Source: an uncultured Gammaproteobacteria bacterium | Lineage (GTDB): Bacteria; Patescibacteriota; Microgenomatia; Levybacterales; UBA12049 | Direction of reading: 5' to 3' | Length of the DNA stretch: 64,000 nt | Assembly: GCA_964564035.1 (NCBI GenBank) | Contig: CAZLZN010000001.1 | Coordinates: 14,845 to 78,844, forward strand | Shown here: positions 56,412 to 64,000 of the stretch, in pieces | Position numbering within the stretch: position 1 is the stretch's first letter | Layout of the letters: every line of letters begins with the position of its first letter | Made by a program: the position numbers and the translations under genes | The notes under the pieces: generated by a model | What the model was told of the DNA's origin: nothing | The model's input: the letters and a program-made list of their open reading frames with translations, nothing else | The model's database searches: none

Positions 56412-56918
56412 ATGGATCAGCAGACAGCTCAAAATAAAAAACTCGTTATCGGTTGGTTCTCGTTTACCTGCTGTGAAGACAGTACAATTCTCCTCACCGA
56501 ACTCCTCAATGACAATTTACTCGAATGGAAAAAACTGGTCGAGTTTAGACACCTCAAAGCACTCAAAACAAAAAACTCAATGGAAGGACTTGATGTCGCT
56601 TTTATCGAAGGCGCGGTTTCATCAGATTCCCAGGCGGAAGAGGTCAAAAAAATCAGAAACAATGCCAAATATGTAGTCGCGATCGGCTCCTGTGCCTGCA
56701 CAGGGATGCCCTCAGCGTCCAGAAACGCCTTTGTCAGCGAGCAAATAAACGACAAAATCAAATGGTATATGAGCCAGTTCAGCTATAGCGACAAAGTCCG
56801 CAAGCTCGAAGAGGTCATAACTGTCGACGACAAAGTCCAGGGCTGCCCCATGAGCGCATCATCTTTTATCGAAACTTTGACGAAATACTTAAAGCAATTT
56901 AATATAATAGCGGTTTAA
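56412..56918 (+). CDS. [NiFe]-hydrogenase small subunit, proximal-cluster-only, group-3-like.
   Basis: FTCCEDS, GSCACTG and QGCP cysteine motifs; 168 aa. Confidence 0.75.
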   Translation: MDQQTAQNKKLVIGWFSFTCCEDSTILLTELLNDNLLEWKKLVEFRHLKALKTKNSMEGLDVAFIEGAVSSDSQAEEVKKIRNNAKYVVAIGSCACTGMPSASRNAFVSEQINDKIKWYMSQFSYSDKVRKLEEVITVDDKVQGCPMSASSFIETLTKYLKQFNIIAV

Positions 56919-56941
56919 CAAAAATAAAAAAACCTTTATAC

Positions 56942-56955
56942 TTAATACTTAATAC
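56942..56955. repeat. Heptamer tandem repeat (TTAATAC)x2, just upstream of the hydrogenase large-subunit start.
   Basis: Read directly; the same unit as at 11418-11438. Confidence 0.65.
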
Positions 56956-56960
56956 AAATT

Positions 56961-58265
56961 ATGCACAGCGCCGATATAACAATCGAAAATATAACCAAAA
57001 TAGAAGGTAACGCCAGCTTGAAAGTAACGATCGAAAACGATTCTGTAAAACAACTTCAGTTTATAATCTCGGACTACCGCCGCTTCTACACAACAGCAGT
57101 CAAAGGCAAACCATTCATGACAGTCCCTTCATTCCTGTCCAGAATCTGCGGCACCTGCTCGGTAGCGCATTTATTTGCCTCAATAAAAGCTATAGAGCGG
57201 TCTCAGGGCATCGAAGTCTCCGAACAGACCAAGCTTCTCCGCGCCTTAGCGTATGACGGCCTTATGATCCGCGATCATGCACTGCATTTATACTTCTTCG
57301 TTTTACCCGATATTCTCGGAATTGATTCAATCCTCGACATTCCGGACGATGACAACAATCCCGGCCATATTCTTCTTCACGATTCCTTTGACATAAAACG
57401 CCTTGGCACAGATATCACAAACGTGATTATAGGAGCCGCGATCCACGCGCCCTTCCCGACGATCGGAGGATTCCTCAAAAACCCCGATCCATCCAAATTC
57501 CCCGAACTGATCCAAAGACTTGAAGCCATCCGGCCGCAGGTACTTCGCGGCATTAAAACCTTCTATGACTGGAACGCGTCATTGATTCGCAATTCCAACT
57601 ACTTAGGGCTTCGCAGTGAAAAAAAATTCGACTTTCTGGAAGGCGACGTATTCAATTCCAACGGCAGACTTATCGCGCAAAATGATTTCAAGAATTATCT
57701 CAGGTACGTCCAAATTCCCTATTCACAAGCTGAGGGTTATGAATTCTCCGACACACAAAAAGACTACCTTGCCGGCTCATTAGCGAGAATAAACCTCAAT
57801 AAAGACCTCCTTCACGAACGTACCAAAAAAGATGCAGCCGAGTATATCGCGGCTTTCCCCTCTAACAATATCTATCACAATAATCTCGCACAGGCAATAG
57901 AAATACTTCACTGCGTAGATGAAGCAATAGATATCTTGAAAACGATCCAAATATCACCCGATGAAAAACCCGTTCGCAAACCTCCTCAGGCAGGCGTTGG
58001 CGTCGGACTTGTCGAAGCTCCAAGAGGCATACTATATCATATGGCCAAAGTAAACGACAAAGGACTGATCGAAGACTACGACGTGATCGTACCTACAGCC
58101 CAAAACCAAATTCAAATAGAAAACGATCTCAAAGAATATTTCAACAGAAATTTAAATAAACCGGAAGAAGAACTCAGACTGGATGCTGAGAAAATTATCA
58201 GAGCCTACGACCCCTGCATGTCCTGCGCCACCAATTTCCTCAAAATCGACTGGATACGCAAATAA
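56961..58265 (+). CDS. [NiFe]-hydrogenase large subunit (group 3 type).
   Basis: L1 RICGTCSVAH and L2 DPCMSCATN motifs; 434 aa. Confidence 0.85.
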   Translation: MHSADITIENITKIEGNASLKVTIENDSVKQLQFIISDYRRFYTTAVKGKPFMTVPSFLSRICGTCSVAHLFASIKAIERSQGIEVSEQTKLLRALAYDGLMIRDHALHLYFFVLPDILGIDSILDIPDDDNNPGHILLHDSFDIKRLGTDITNVIIGAAIHAPFPTIGGFLKNPDPSKFPELIQRLEAIRPQVLRGIKTFYDWNASLIRNSNYLGLRSEKKFDFLEGDVFNSNGRLIAQNDFKNYLRYVQIPYSQAEGYEFSDTQKDYLAGSLARINLNKDLLHERTKKDAAEYIAAFPSNNIYHNNLAQAIEILHCVDEAIDILKTIQISPDEKPVRKPPQAGVGVGLVEAPRGILYHMAKVNDKGLIEDYDVIVPTAQNQIQIENDLKEYFNRNLNKPEEELRLDAEKIIRAYDPCMSCATNFLKIDWIRK

Positions 58266-58606
58266 TCCGCGCCTGTCCCCATCGGAATCCCGATAAGCGT
58301 TATCTTCCCGAGTTTACCGAGTTTTTTTAAATATTTTAATTGAAAACCCAGATCAAAATCATGAACCGATCCCCGGGGATTGTCGGTTAATTTTCCGGGA
58401 TCAAAATCATCAAATAATTCTACGCTCTCAAGCCCCTGAACGTTGTCCAGAATGACAACCCGGCTTTCACCGACAAACGGCAAATCTTCGTTTGGCTTTA
58501 CAAAAACAAAATCACACTCGCTCATAGTTTTTTTTAATTCCAATGCTGCTTTTATGGCGCCGCTGTCAATCGCCTCATCTTCATTCCCGAAAACATACAC
58601 TTTCAT
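58205..58606 (-). CDS. Hydrogenase maturation endopeptidase (HycI/HyaD family).
   Basis: VFGNEDEAIDSGAIKAA (GNxxxxDDGxG-like) and GSVHDF motifs; convergent with the large subunit, overlapping it by 61 nt. Confidence 0.7.
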   Translation of the reverse strand: MKVYVFGNEDEAIDSGAIKAALELKKTMSECDFVFVKPNEDLPFVGESRVVILDNVQGLESVELFDDFDPGKLTDNPRGSVHDFDLGFQLKYLKKLGKLGKITLIGIPMGTGADYLRIQSILRKLVAQDMQGS

Positions 58607-58667
58607 ACTTGCACCATTTTACCAAAGTTGTAAATGCAAAATCGCTTAAAATGCGGTTATCCCAAAG

Positions 58668-59273
58668 TTATTTTATTTTATAAACCAAAGCGGCAAGTGC
58701 GGATCCCAAAAACGGACCTATCAGATAAATAAACAAGTTATTCAGATTCTGAGACAAATTCGCGCTGTCATACAAAATAGGCCCGATAGCAACAGCCGGA
58801 TTAAATGCCCCTCCCGATATCGGCCCTACAGAATAAGCGCCTGCCAAGACCGTGATACCAATAGCAAGACCGAAGTAATTATTGCCTTTTGTTTTATCGG
58901 CAACAGCTACATGAAGTACTACACTGCAAAGTAAAAAAGTATACAAAACCTCAAGTAATATCGCGGTATTTATCGGCGTAGTCGGAGCCGGAGCCGGAAC
59001 AAAATTATTCAAACTCACCAAGCCGAACACAACAGCCGCCGCGAGACCTCCCAATATTTGAGAAATCATATAAAGCATCGATGTTTGCGGTTTAATGCCT
59101 TTATTTAACATCACGGCAAGCGTAACAGCCGGATTGTAATGCGCCCCGGATATATATCCGCCCATATACACAAGTGCCGCGAGCACCAAGCCGATAGCCA
59201 GAGGATTGCCGGAAAACGCTATCGTCAAAACCAGAAAAAAAGTCCCGATAAATTCAATAATATAGCTTCTCAT
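58668..59273 (-). CDS. Aquaporin/MIP-family channel.
   Basis: Two NPA boxes (HYNPAVT, AFNPAVA). Confidence 0.85.
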   Translation of the reverse strand: MRSYIIEFIGTFFLVLTIAFSGNPLAIGLVLAALVYMGGYISGAHYNPAVTLAVMLNKGIKPQTSMLYMISQILGGLAAAVVFGLVSLNNFVPAPAPTTPINTAILLEVLYTFLLCSVVLHVAVADKTKGNNYFGLAIGITVLAGAYSVGPISGGAFNPAVAIGPILYDSANLSQNLNNLFIYLIGPFLGSALAALVYKIK

Positions 59274-59343
59274 AAAACTTACTCATCTATTATTATTGCA
59301 CATCAAACCCAAAATGCAATAAGTACTTTCATAACCAAAATAC

Positions 59344-59364
59344 CCCTAAGCCCTAAGCCCTAAA
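59344..59364. repeat. Heptamer tandem repeat (CCCTAAG)x2 plus CCCTAAA.
   Basis: Read directly; intergenic. Confidence 0.7.
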
Positions 59365-59394
59365 ACCTGATACAATATTATATAATTACTTCAA

Positions 59395-60108
59395 ATGGAC
59401 AAAAAAGCACTAATTCTCGAATCACGATTCTCCCTCCCTCCAAATTTTCTCGGATACTGCGGCCAAAAAACAGCACACGAGAATTTCAAAAAGTGCATAA
59501 CTGCAGGCGACTGCACGGGCGTCCCCCGGGAGGTCACCAAATTCATCGTGTTATATCCTTATCTGAAAACTTTATCCTCTGTAACCGGACTATCTGAATT
59601 ATCCTATCCCGTAGTAGAAAGTTACTGGTTCGGAAACGATAAGCTCAGTCTTGCCAAAAACGAACACTACGATCTGCTCCTCGACAACTTTCTCCGGCAA
59701 GGCGTGCCCGATTTTTTCGTGGAAGAATTACGAGCTAAAAAACCGACAGTATTTATACCAAGCCACCTGTTCCACGTACTCCATATCGGAGTAGGCCGCG
59801 CAAGTGGTGCTGTACCCTTCAACATGGACTCAATAAACAACTGCATGATCCGCTGGGGCAAAATTATTGAAATTACAAACAACTCCGCTCTTGTTGATCT
59901 CCATTCGCTAAAAACAAACAAAACCGGCTATGTTCTCTTTAAGCACAAAGAAGTAATACCTATCGATCACGAATTAACTCCCGGACTCAAACAAAACCAA
60001 ACTGTTGCTGTTCACTGGAAATTAATTGTCAAAAAATTGACATCCGAGGAAACTGAAAAATTGGACTATTGGACTAAAAAAGTCATTAGTATTATCAAAC
60101 CCGCATGA
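59395..60108 (+). CDS. Hypothetical protein (Cys-containing N-terminus).
   Basis: 237-aa ORF; no family recognised. Confidence 0.45.
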   Translation: MDKKALILESRFSLPPNFLGYCGQKTAHENFKKCITAGDCTGVPREVTKFIVLYPYLKTLSSVTGLSELSYPVVESYWFGNDKLSLAKNEHYDLLLDNFLRQGVPDFFVEELRAKKPTVFIPSHLFHVLHIGVGRASGAVPFNMDSINNCMIRWGKIIEITNNSALVDLHSLKTNKTGYVLFKHKEVIPIDHELTPGLKQNQTVAVHWKLIVKKLTSEETEKLDYWTKKVISIIKPA

Positions 60109-60116
60109 TCTATAAT

Positions 60117-61049
60117 TTATGCCGCTTGAGCTATGCGCTCTTGTTTGACAGTGCGGATTGCCGAATACCCGAATAGTGCGGCTCCGGCTATTATCAGAAC
60201 AGCTTGAATTCCAAGCTCAGCCGGCCACTTTTGAGTAACAAATACTGCTGACAGTGCGTTTGTCACAAGAGTAGATGATACCAAAATCGACGTGACGAGT
60301 GTAGCAGGCGCAAATCTCAGCGCCCTATACCATGTCATGACATAACCGAGAAGCGTTACCATAGTAATTATCATCCACATAATTTGTGAATTTTCCAAAC
60401 TGAACACGCTCCCCAATGCCGCAGGCGCCACCATGAAAGACGCCCCAAGCAGAATCAGGGATCCAAAGCCCATCCTCGCAGCGGTAACAATATCCGGATC
60501 AACTGTCGGCAGAATTTTTTTAGCAAGCACATTCTCAACCGCCCAAAATATTGTCGCTATCAATACCAAAAACTCTCCCTCCATAAGCGTAAATCCCTGA
60601 AAACCTCCTACAAAAACATTCGCGCCAAACAGTATTAGAACAGCCAGGATCTGCAGCTTGCTAAGCCTCTCCTTAAGAAGCGGGATCGCCATGATCGCAA
60701 CCCAAATAATAAGGGTTTTATGGATAATCGCGGCGTTTATCGCCGGAATTTGAGTAAGACCGGTAAAATAAAGATAAAACGGTATCGTGCCTCCGATTAT
60801 CCCTATCAGCGCCAAATAAACTATTTCCCTTTTATTTAATTTTCCGAACAGCTTCCACTTTCGGCTCGCGAGAATTACTGCGGCTATCAAAAGCCCTACG
60901 CCGAGATTTTTCACCGTAGTAAAAACCAAGGGAGGCTGTATCGCCGTTACTGCAAATTTATTCACAAAAATTGCAACACCTGAAATAACAGACGTCATGA
61001 GGGAAAAATAAATACCTTTTTTAATATTGGACATATAATTAATGCTCAA
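60117..61049 (-). CDS. EamA/DMT-family transporter (10 TM).
   Basis: Duplicated EamA-like hydrophobic halves. Confidence 0.7.
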   Translation of the reverse strand: MSINYMSNIKKGIYFSLMTSVISGVAIFVNKFAVTAIQPPLVFTTVKNLGVGLLIAAVILASRKWKLFGKLNKREIVYLALIGIIGGTIPFYLYFTGLTQIPAINAAIIHKTLIIWVAIMAIPLLKERLSKLQILAVLILFGANVFVGGFQGFTLMEGEFLVLIATIFWAVENVLAKKILPTVDPDIVTAARMGFGSLILLGASFMVAPAALGSVFSLENSQIMWMIITMVTLLGYVMTWYRALRFAPATLVTSILVSSTLVTNALSAVFVTQKWPAELGIQAVLIIAGAALFGYSAIRTVKQERIAQAA

Positions 61050-61140
61050 TTCCCAACTATTTCTCTTTAAGTATACAGAACATACATCTACAAAATCAAT
61101 ACAGCTATTGACATAAATTTTTATTTAATATAAAGTTATT

Positions 61141-61286
61141 ACTAATCAAGAGTGATGGGGAGAGAATTGGCTCAACGATCCATCCGGCAACCCCGCTAAG
61201 CGGGGTGCCAAACCCAAACCCGTGAGGGAAGGATTAGCTCCGATTATTTCGGGGAAACATCTTACCCCGCTCGGCGGGGTTTTTTT
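61141..61286 (+). promoter_or_regulatory. SAM-I (S-box) riboswitch with an intrinsic terminator.
   Basis: cTAATCAAGAG...GGGGAGAG...GGCAACC...GGTGCCAAACCC...GGATTAG matches SAM-I conserved blocks (AUCAAGAG, GGCAACC, GGUGCUAAAUCC, P1 closure). A terminator CCCCGC-tcg-GCGGGG plus U7 ends 1 nt before the metF ATG. A TTGACA -35 lies at 61108. Confidence 0.8.
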
Positions 61287-62240
61287 ATGGACAAATCAAA
61301 TTCATTATCTTTTAAAATAAGAAACAAGCGCCCATGCGTCTTGTTTGAACTGGTTCCTCCGCCGGCAGAATACAAAAAAAACATAATCAATGAGTCTCTC
61401 GCGTCTCTCACCCAAATTTTGACCCGCACATCAGTCGACGGCATAAATATTCCGGAAGTAATTGATGAACATCGAAACGGTGAGAGGGTGAATAAAATTC
61501 CCGACAAGCTCGAGCCTCGAATATTAGCAAAGTATCTGCACGGCCTGGGCTTAGACAATATAATAATTAACCGGCCCGTAGTTTATTCCCCCTGGGATCT
61601 TCAAATGAAATGGCTCAAAGAAACATATTCCAAATTCAAAATTAAAAACTTTGTTCTGGTAGGCGGCGAATCATCCGGCACCGAATATCCCGGATATTCG
61701 GTAAACAAAACAGCGCTGGAAATTTCCGTGTCCCAAAAAGATCTCTTTCCTGACATTCTTCTTGGCGGCATTACGATACCGGGTAGAAAAAATGAAGCTG
61801 ACAGATTATATAAAAAAACACAAAACGGAATTAACTTTTTCACGACGCAAATAATTTATGATTCAAGATCCATAACAAAACTGCTCGCCGCTTACTGGAA
61901 AATATGCATTGCAAAAAAAGAAAAACCCAAAATGATATTTCTCAGCTTCGCGCCTGTAATCACAAAAAAAGACATTGAGCTTCTGCTATGGTTGGGAGTT
62001 AAAATTCCGCAATCCACTTTGAAACAGCTGAAAAATGGCTGGCTCGGCGTCGGACACAGATCAACCAAAATCTGCATAGATATTCTAAAAGATATCTTTT
62101 CGTTTATAAAAAAATATGATATAAGTATACCTGTCGGCCTGAATATAGGTTATGTCAACAGAAATAACTTTGAATTTTCACTTGAATTTCTGGATAAATT
62201 AAGTCAGGTCTATCTGAAAGAAATAAAAAATAATAAATAA
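61287..62240 (+). CDS. metF: Methylenetetrahydrofolate reductase-like protein.
   Basis: MTHFR-family pattern (VLFELVPPP...). It is under a SAM riboswitch and upstream of metE. Confidence 0.65.
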   Translation: MDKSNSLSFKIRNKRPCVLFELVPPPAEYKKNIINESLASLTQILTRTSVDGINIPEVIDEHRNGERVNKIPDKLEPRILAKYLHGLGLDNIIINRPVVYSPWDLQMKWLKETYSKFKIKNFVLVGGESSGTEYPGYSVNKTALEISVSQKDLFPDILLGGITIPGRKNEADRLYKKTQNGINFFTTQIIYDSRSITKLLAAYWKICIAKKEKPKMIFLSFAPVITKKDIELLLWLGVKIPQSTLKQLKNGWLGVGHRSTKICIDILKDIFSFIKKYDISIPVGLNIGYVNRNNFEFSLEFLDKLSQVYLKEIKNNK

Positions 62241-62243
62241 AAT

Positions 62244-63200
62244 ATGGCAACCGTAAAAACATACATACATGGCATTTACCCGCGCTCAAATGACCTGATC
62301 CAGACTAGCAGAGAACTGATCCGCAAAAAGAAAAAAGAATCGGATTATCTGTCTCAGCTAAAAAAAGATTTTTTAAATTTGCAGCAAATTCAAAAATCTA
62401 ATAATTTCGATTACATAGAAGACGGAAAATTGAATTGGCACGACATATTCCGGCCTATCGTCGAATCAGCTTCAGGTTTCAAAATCGGCGCGCTGACCAG
62501 ATGGTTTGACAACAATTGTTTTTTCAGGCAACCCGTCGCGGCAGGCAAATTAAAACTCGACAAAAATAAACTGGATAAATTATTTCCAAGAATTACGCCT
62601 GAAAAAAAATGGAAAGTTACGCTTCCTTCCCCTTTTACTTTCGCGCGCCTAACCCTGAACGAAACTGGTACTTCATTTGAAAATCTGCTTGATCAAATTA
62701 CTGAAATAATCTCGGAAATTATCAGCTACCTTGATAAAAAAGGGGTAAATTTTGTACAGCTGAATGAACCCTTCCTGCCCTATCAAGGTGTGAGCAATCA
62801 GGATATTACTTTATTCAACAAAATGATCAAAAAACTTGAATCAAAAAAAGGCAAACTCGCAATCGCTTTGCATCTATACTTTGGTGATGCCGGACCTGTT
62901 TTAAAAAAACTCGACAAAAATAAATTCATAGATATCATCGGGATAGATTTTTACAAAACAGCCCTCACCTCTATCCCCAAAAATTTTGACTATGCACTGG
63001 CCGCGGGCATAGTCGACGGCAGGAACTCACTTATCGAAGACCAAAAAACGCTGAAAAAATTTATAAACGACGCGGTAGAGCACCTCAAGCTCGAGGAGAT
63101 TTATATTACAAACAACTCCGACTTGGACTTGTTGCCCGAAACGATAGCATCCAAAAAAATTGAAATACTCTCAGGTATAAAAAACTTATACAATAAATAA
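62244..63200 (+). CDS. MetE N-terminal-like (non-catalytic UroD/MetE-fold) domain protein.
   Basis: Degenerate MetE-like blocks (VQLNEPFLPY compared with IQIDEPA). Adjacent to the catalytic metE domain gene. Confidence 0.45.
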   Translation: MATVKTYIHGIYPRSNDLIQTSRELIRKKKKESDYLSQLKKDFLNLQQIQKSNNFDYIEDGKLNWHDIFRPIVESASGFKIGALTRWFDNNCFFRQPVAAGKLKLDKNKLDKLFPRITPEKKWKVTLPSPFTFARLTLNETGTSFENLLDQITEIISEIISYLDKKGVNFVQLNEPFLPYQGVSNQDITLFNKMIKKLESKKGKLAIALHLYFGDAGPVLKKLDKNKFIDIIGIDFYKTALTSIPKNFDYALAAGIVDGRNSLIEDQKTLKKFINDAVEHLKLEEIYITNNSDLDLLPETIASKKIEILSGIKNLYNK

Positions 63201-63201
63201 T

Positions 63202-64000
63202 ATGAAACAATTTATAACTCATGAAATAGGAAGCCTTGCCAAAGTCGAATGGCTCCGCAAGCTCAACATGAATAATCCGATAGACTCCAAAGATATCGAA
63301 TGGGCTGAAAACTGGGGCAAAAGACTATCCCTGCGCTACAAGCCTCTCCTCGCGATTCTCGCCAAGAAAAAATATTCGGAAACAGACAAAAACGAGCTTC
63401 GCAAATGGGCATCAATTTACGGCGTAGGCATTTTGGACAAAGCAGGGATCGATGTTGTTTATGACGGAGAACAGCAAAGAAGCGAAATGTACCAATATCC
63501 TGTTAATAAATCTACAGGATTCTTATTCCGCGGCTGGGTCAAATCCTTCGACAACAGATACTACCGCAAGGCATCCTGCGTCGCCCGCCCCAAAGTCAAA
63601 GAGCCGTGGCACACGCAAGAATATGAATTACTAACTTCGATCACAAACAAAAGGATCAAAATTCCTGTCACCGGCGCATACACACTGGCGGCCTGGTCAT
63701 TTGATGAATACTACGGCAAAAATGCCCAAGCTCTCGGAAGTATTAGTAGTCTGAAGGACAAACAAAAAGCCCGCCGCGAATTCATATTAGATATTGCCAG
63801 AAATCTCGTCAGGCCCAATCTCAAAATGCTTCTCGACGCCGGCGCGGATTGGATTCAGATAGACGAACCGGCAGCGACAACTGTCCCCGGCGAAACCGAT
63901 CTGTTTGTCGAATCATTCAACGAATCCGTCAAAGGCCTCAAGGGTGAATTCAGCGTCCATATCTGCTTCTCGGATTACCGCCTGCTGTTCCCTCACATTC
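63202..64000 (+). CDS. metE: Cobalamin-independent methionine synthase catalytic domain, a stand-alone short MetE; partial, runs off the window.
   Basis: Manual translation gives YDGEQQRSEMYQY, GWVKSFDNRYYRKASCVARPKV, WSFDE, IQIDEPAATT and HICFSDY, which are canonical MetE C-domain motifs. Confidence 0.8.
   Translation, partial: MKQFITHEIGSLAKVEWLRKLNMNNPIDSKDIEWAENWGKRLSLRYKPLLAILAKKKYSETDKNELRKWASIYGVGILDKAGIDVVYDGEQQRSEMYQYPVNKSTGFLFRGWVKSFDNRYYRKASCVARPKVKEPWHTQEYELLTSITNKRIKIPVTGAYTLAAWSFDEYYGKNAQALGSISSLKDKQKARREFILDIARNLVRPNLKMLLDAGADWIQIDEPAATTVPGETDLFVESFNESVKGLKGEFSVHICFSDYRLLFPHI

Noticed and set aside
61262-61558. 98-aa minus-strand ORF overlapping the SAM riboswitch and the metF start.
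   Set aside because: It is antisense to a well-supported riboswitch and coding gene, and has no protein-like features.
1-64000. CRISPR arrays, tRNA and rRNA genes.
   Set aside because: No 25-40-nt direct repeats with spacers were found; the heptamer arrays are far too short. No tRNA-like T-arm (GGTTCGAATCC-type) or rRNA signatures were recognised by eye.

Overview
This window is low-GC, densely coded bacterial sequence using the standard genetic code (RF2 is present and hisA ends in TGA). It reads as a streamlined Gram-positive-like or CPR/Patescibacteria-like genome: T-box and SAM-I riboswitches, CIRCE/HrcA, a Cheo-like LexA box, sortases, FemAB, LCP, and many GT-C membrane glycosyltransferases. 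No tRNA, rRNA or CRISPR array was recognised.

Syntenic blocks recognised:
- (i) A PilM/FtsA-like fusion gene plus a partial sortase, then a short AlaRS.
- (ii) A DNA-damage island: SRAP/YedK divergent from lexA, which has a perfect 16-bp palindromic operator; a small ORF; a Y-family polymerase; a REP-associated tyrosine transposase (RAYT) bracketed by inverted REP copies; and MGMT.
- (iii) The hrcA-grpE-dnaK-dnaJ heat-shock operon with a degenerate CIRCE, and a good CIRCE in front of an N-domain-less clpB.
- (iv) yidD, MetRS, a sortase, and TatD.
- (v) A T-box-controlled partial his operon, hisGHAFIE, with no hisBCD.
- (vi) A cell-envelope glycan cluster (ArnT-like GT-C, WecA-like, UbiA-type DPPR-synthase-like, SDR epimerase, HAD phosphatase, YYY-motif GT-C, LCP ligase) that parallels the decaprenyl-phospho-arabinose / arabinogalactan logic.
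- (vii) tpiA and uvrD/pcrA, whose 3' end is duplicated as about 70-bp direct repeats around an inserted GT-C gene, then a FemAB-like gene.
- (viii) A nickel superoxide dismutase operon, sodN-sodX-methyltransferase.
- (ix) RNase HI with a Zn ribbon, a kinase-like protein, clpB, prfB, and tkt.
- (x) A minimal [NiFe]-hydrogenase locus: hypC, small and large subunits, and the maturation protease.
- (xi) An aquaporin and an EamA transporter.
- (xii) A SAM-I riboswitch driving metF and a split metE.

The most pervasive unexplained signal is a family of unrelated heptameric tandem repeats, (ATTGAAA)n, (TTTGATC)n, (TTAATAC)n, (TTTTAAA)n, (TTCTGAA)n and (CCCTAAG)n. They occur in many operon-internal spacers, and twice as 28-nt in-frame arrays inside genes (hisH and the FemAB-like gene).
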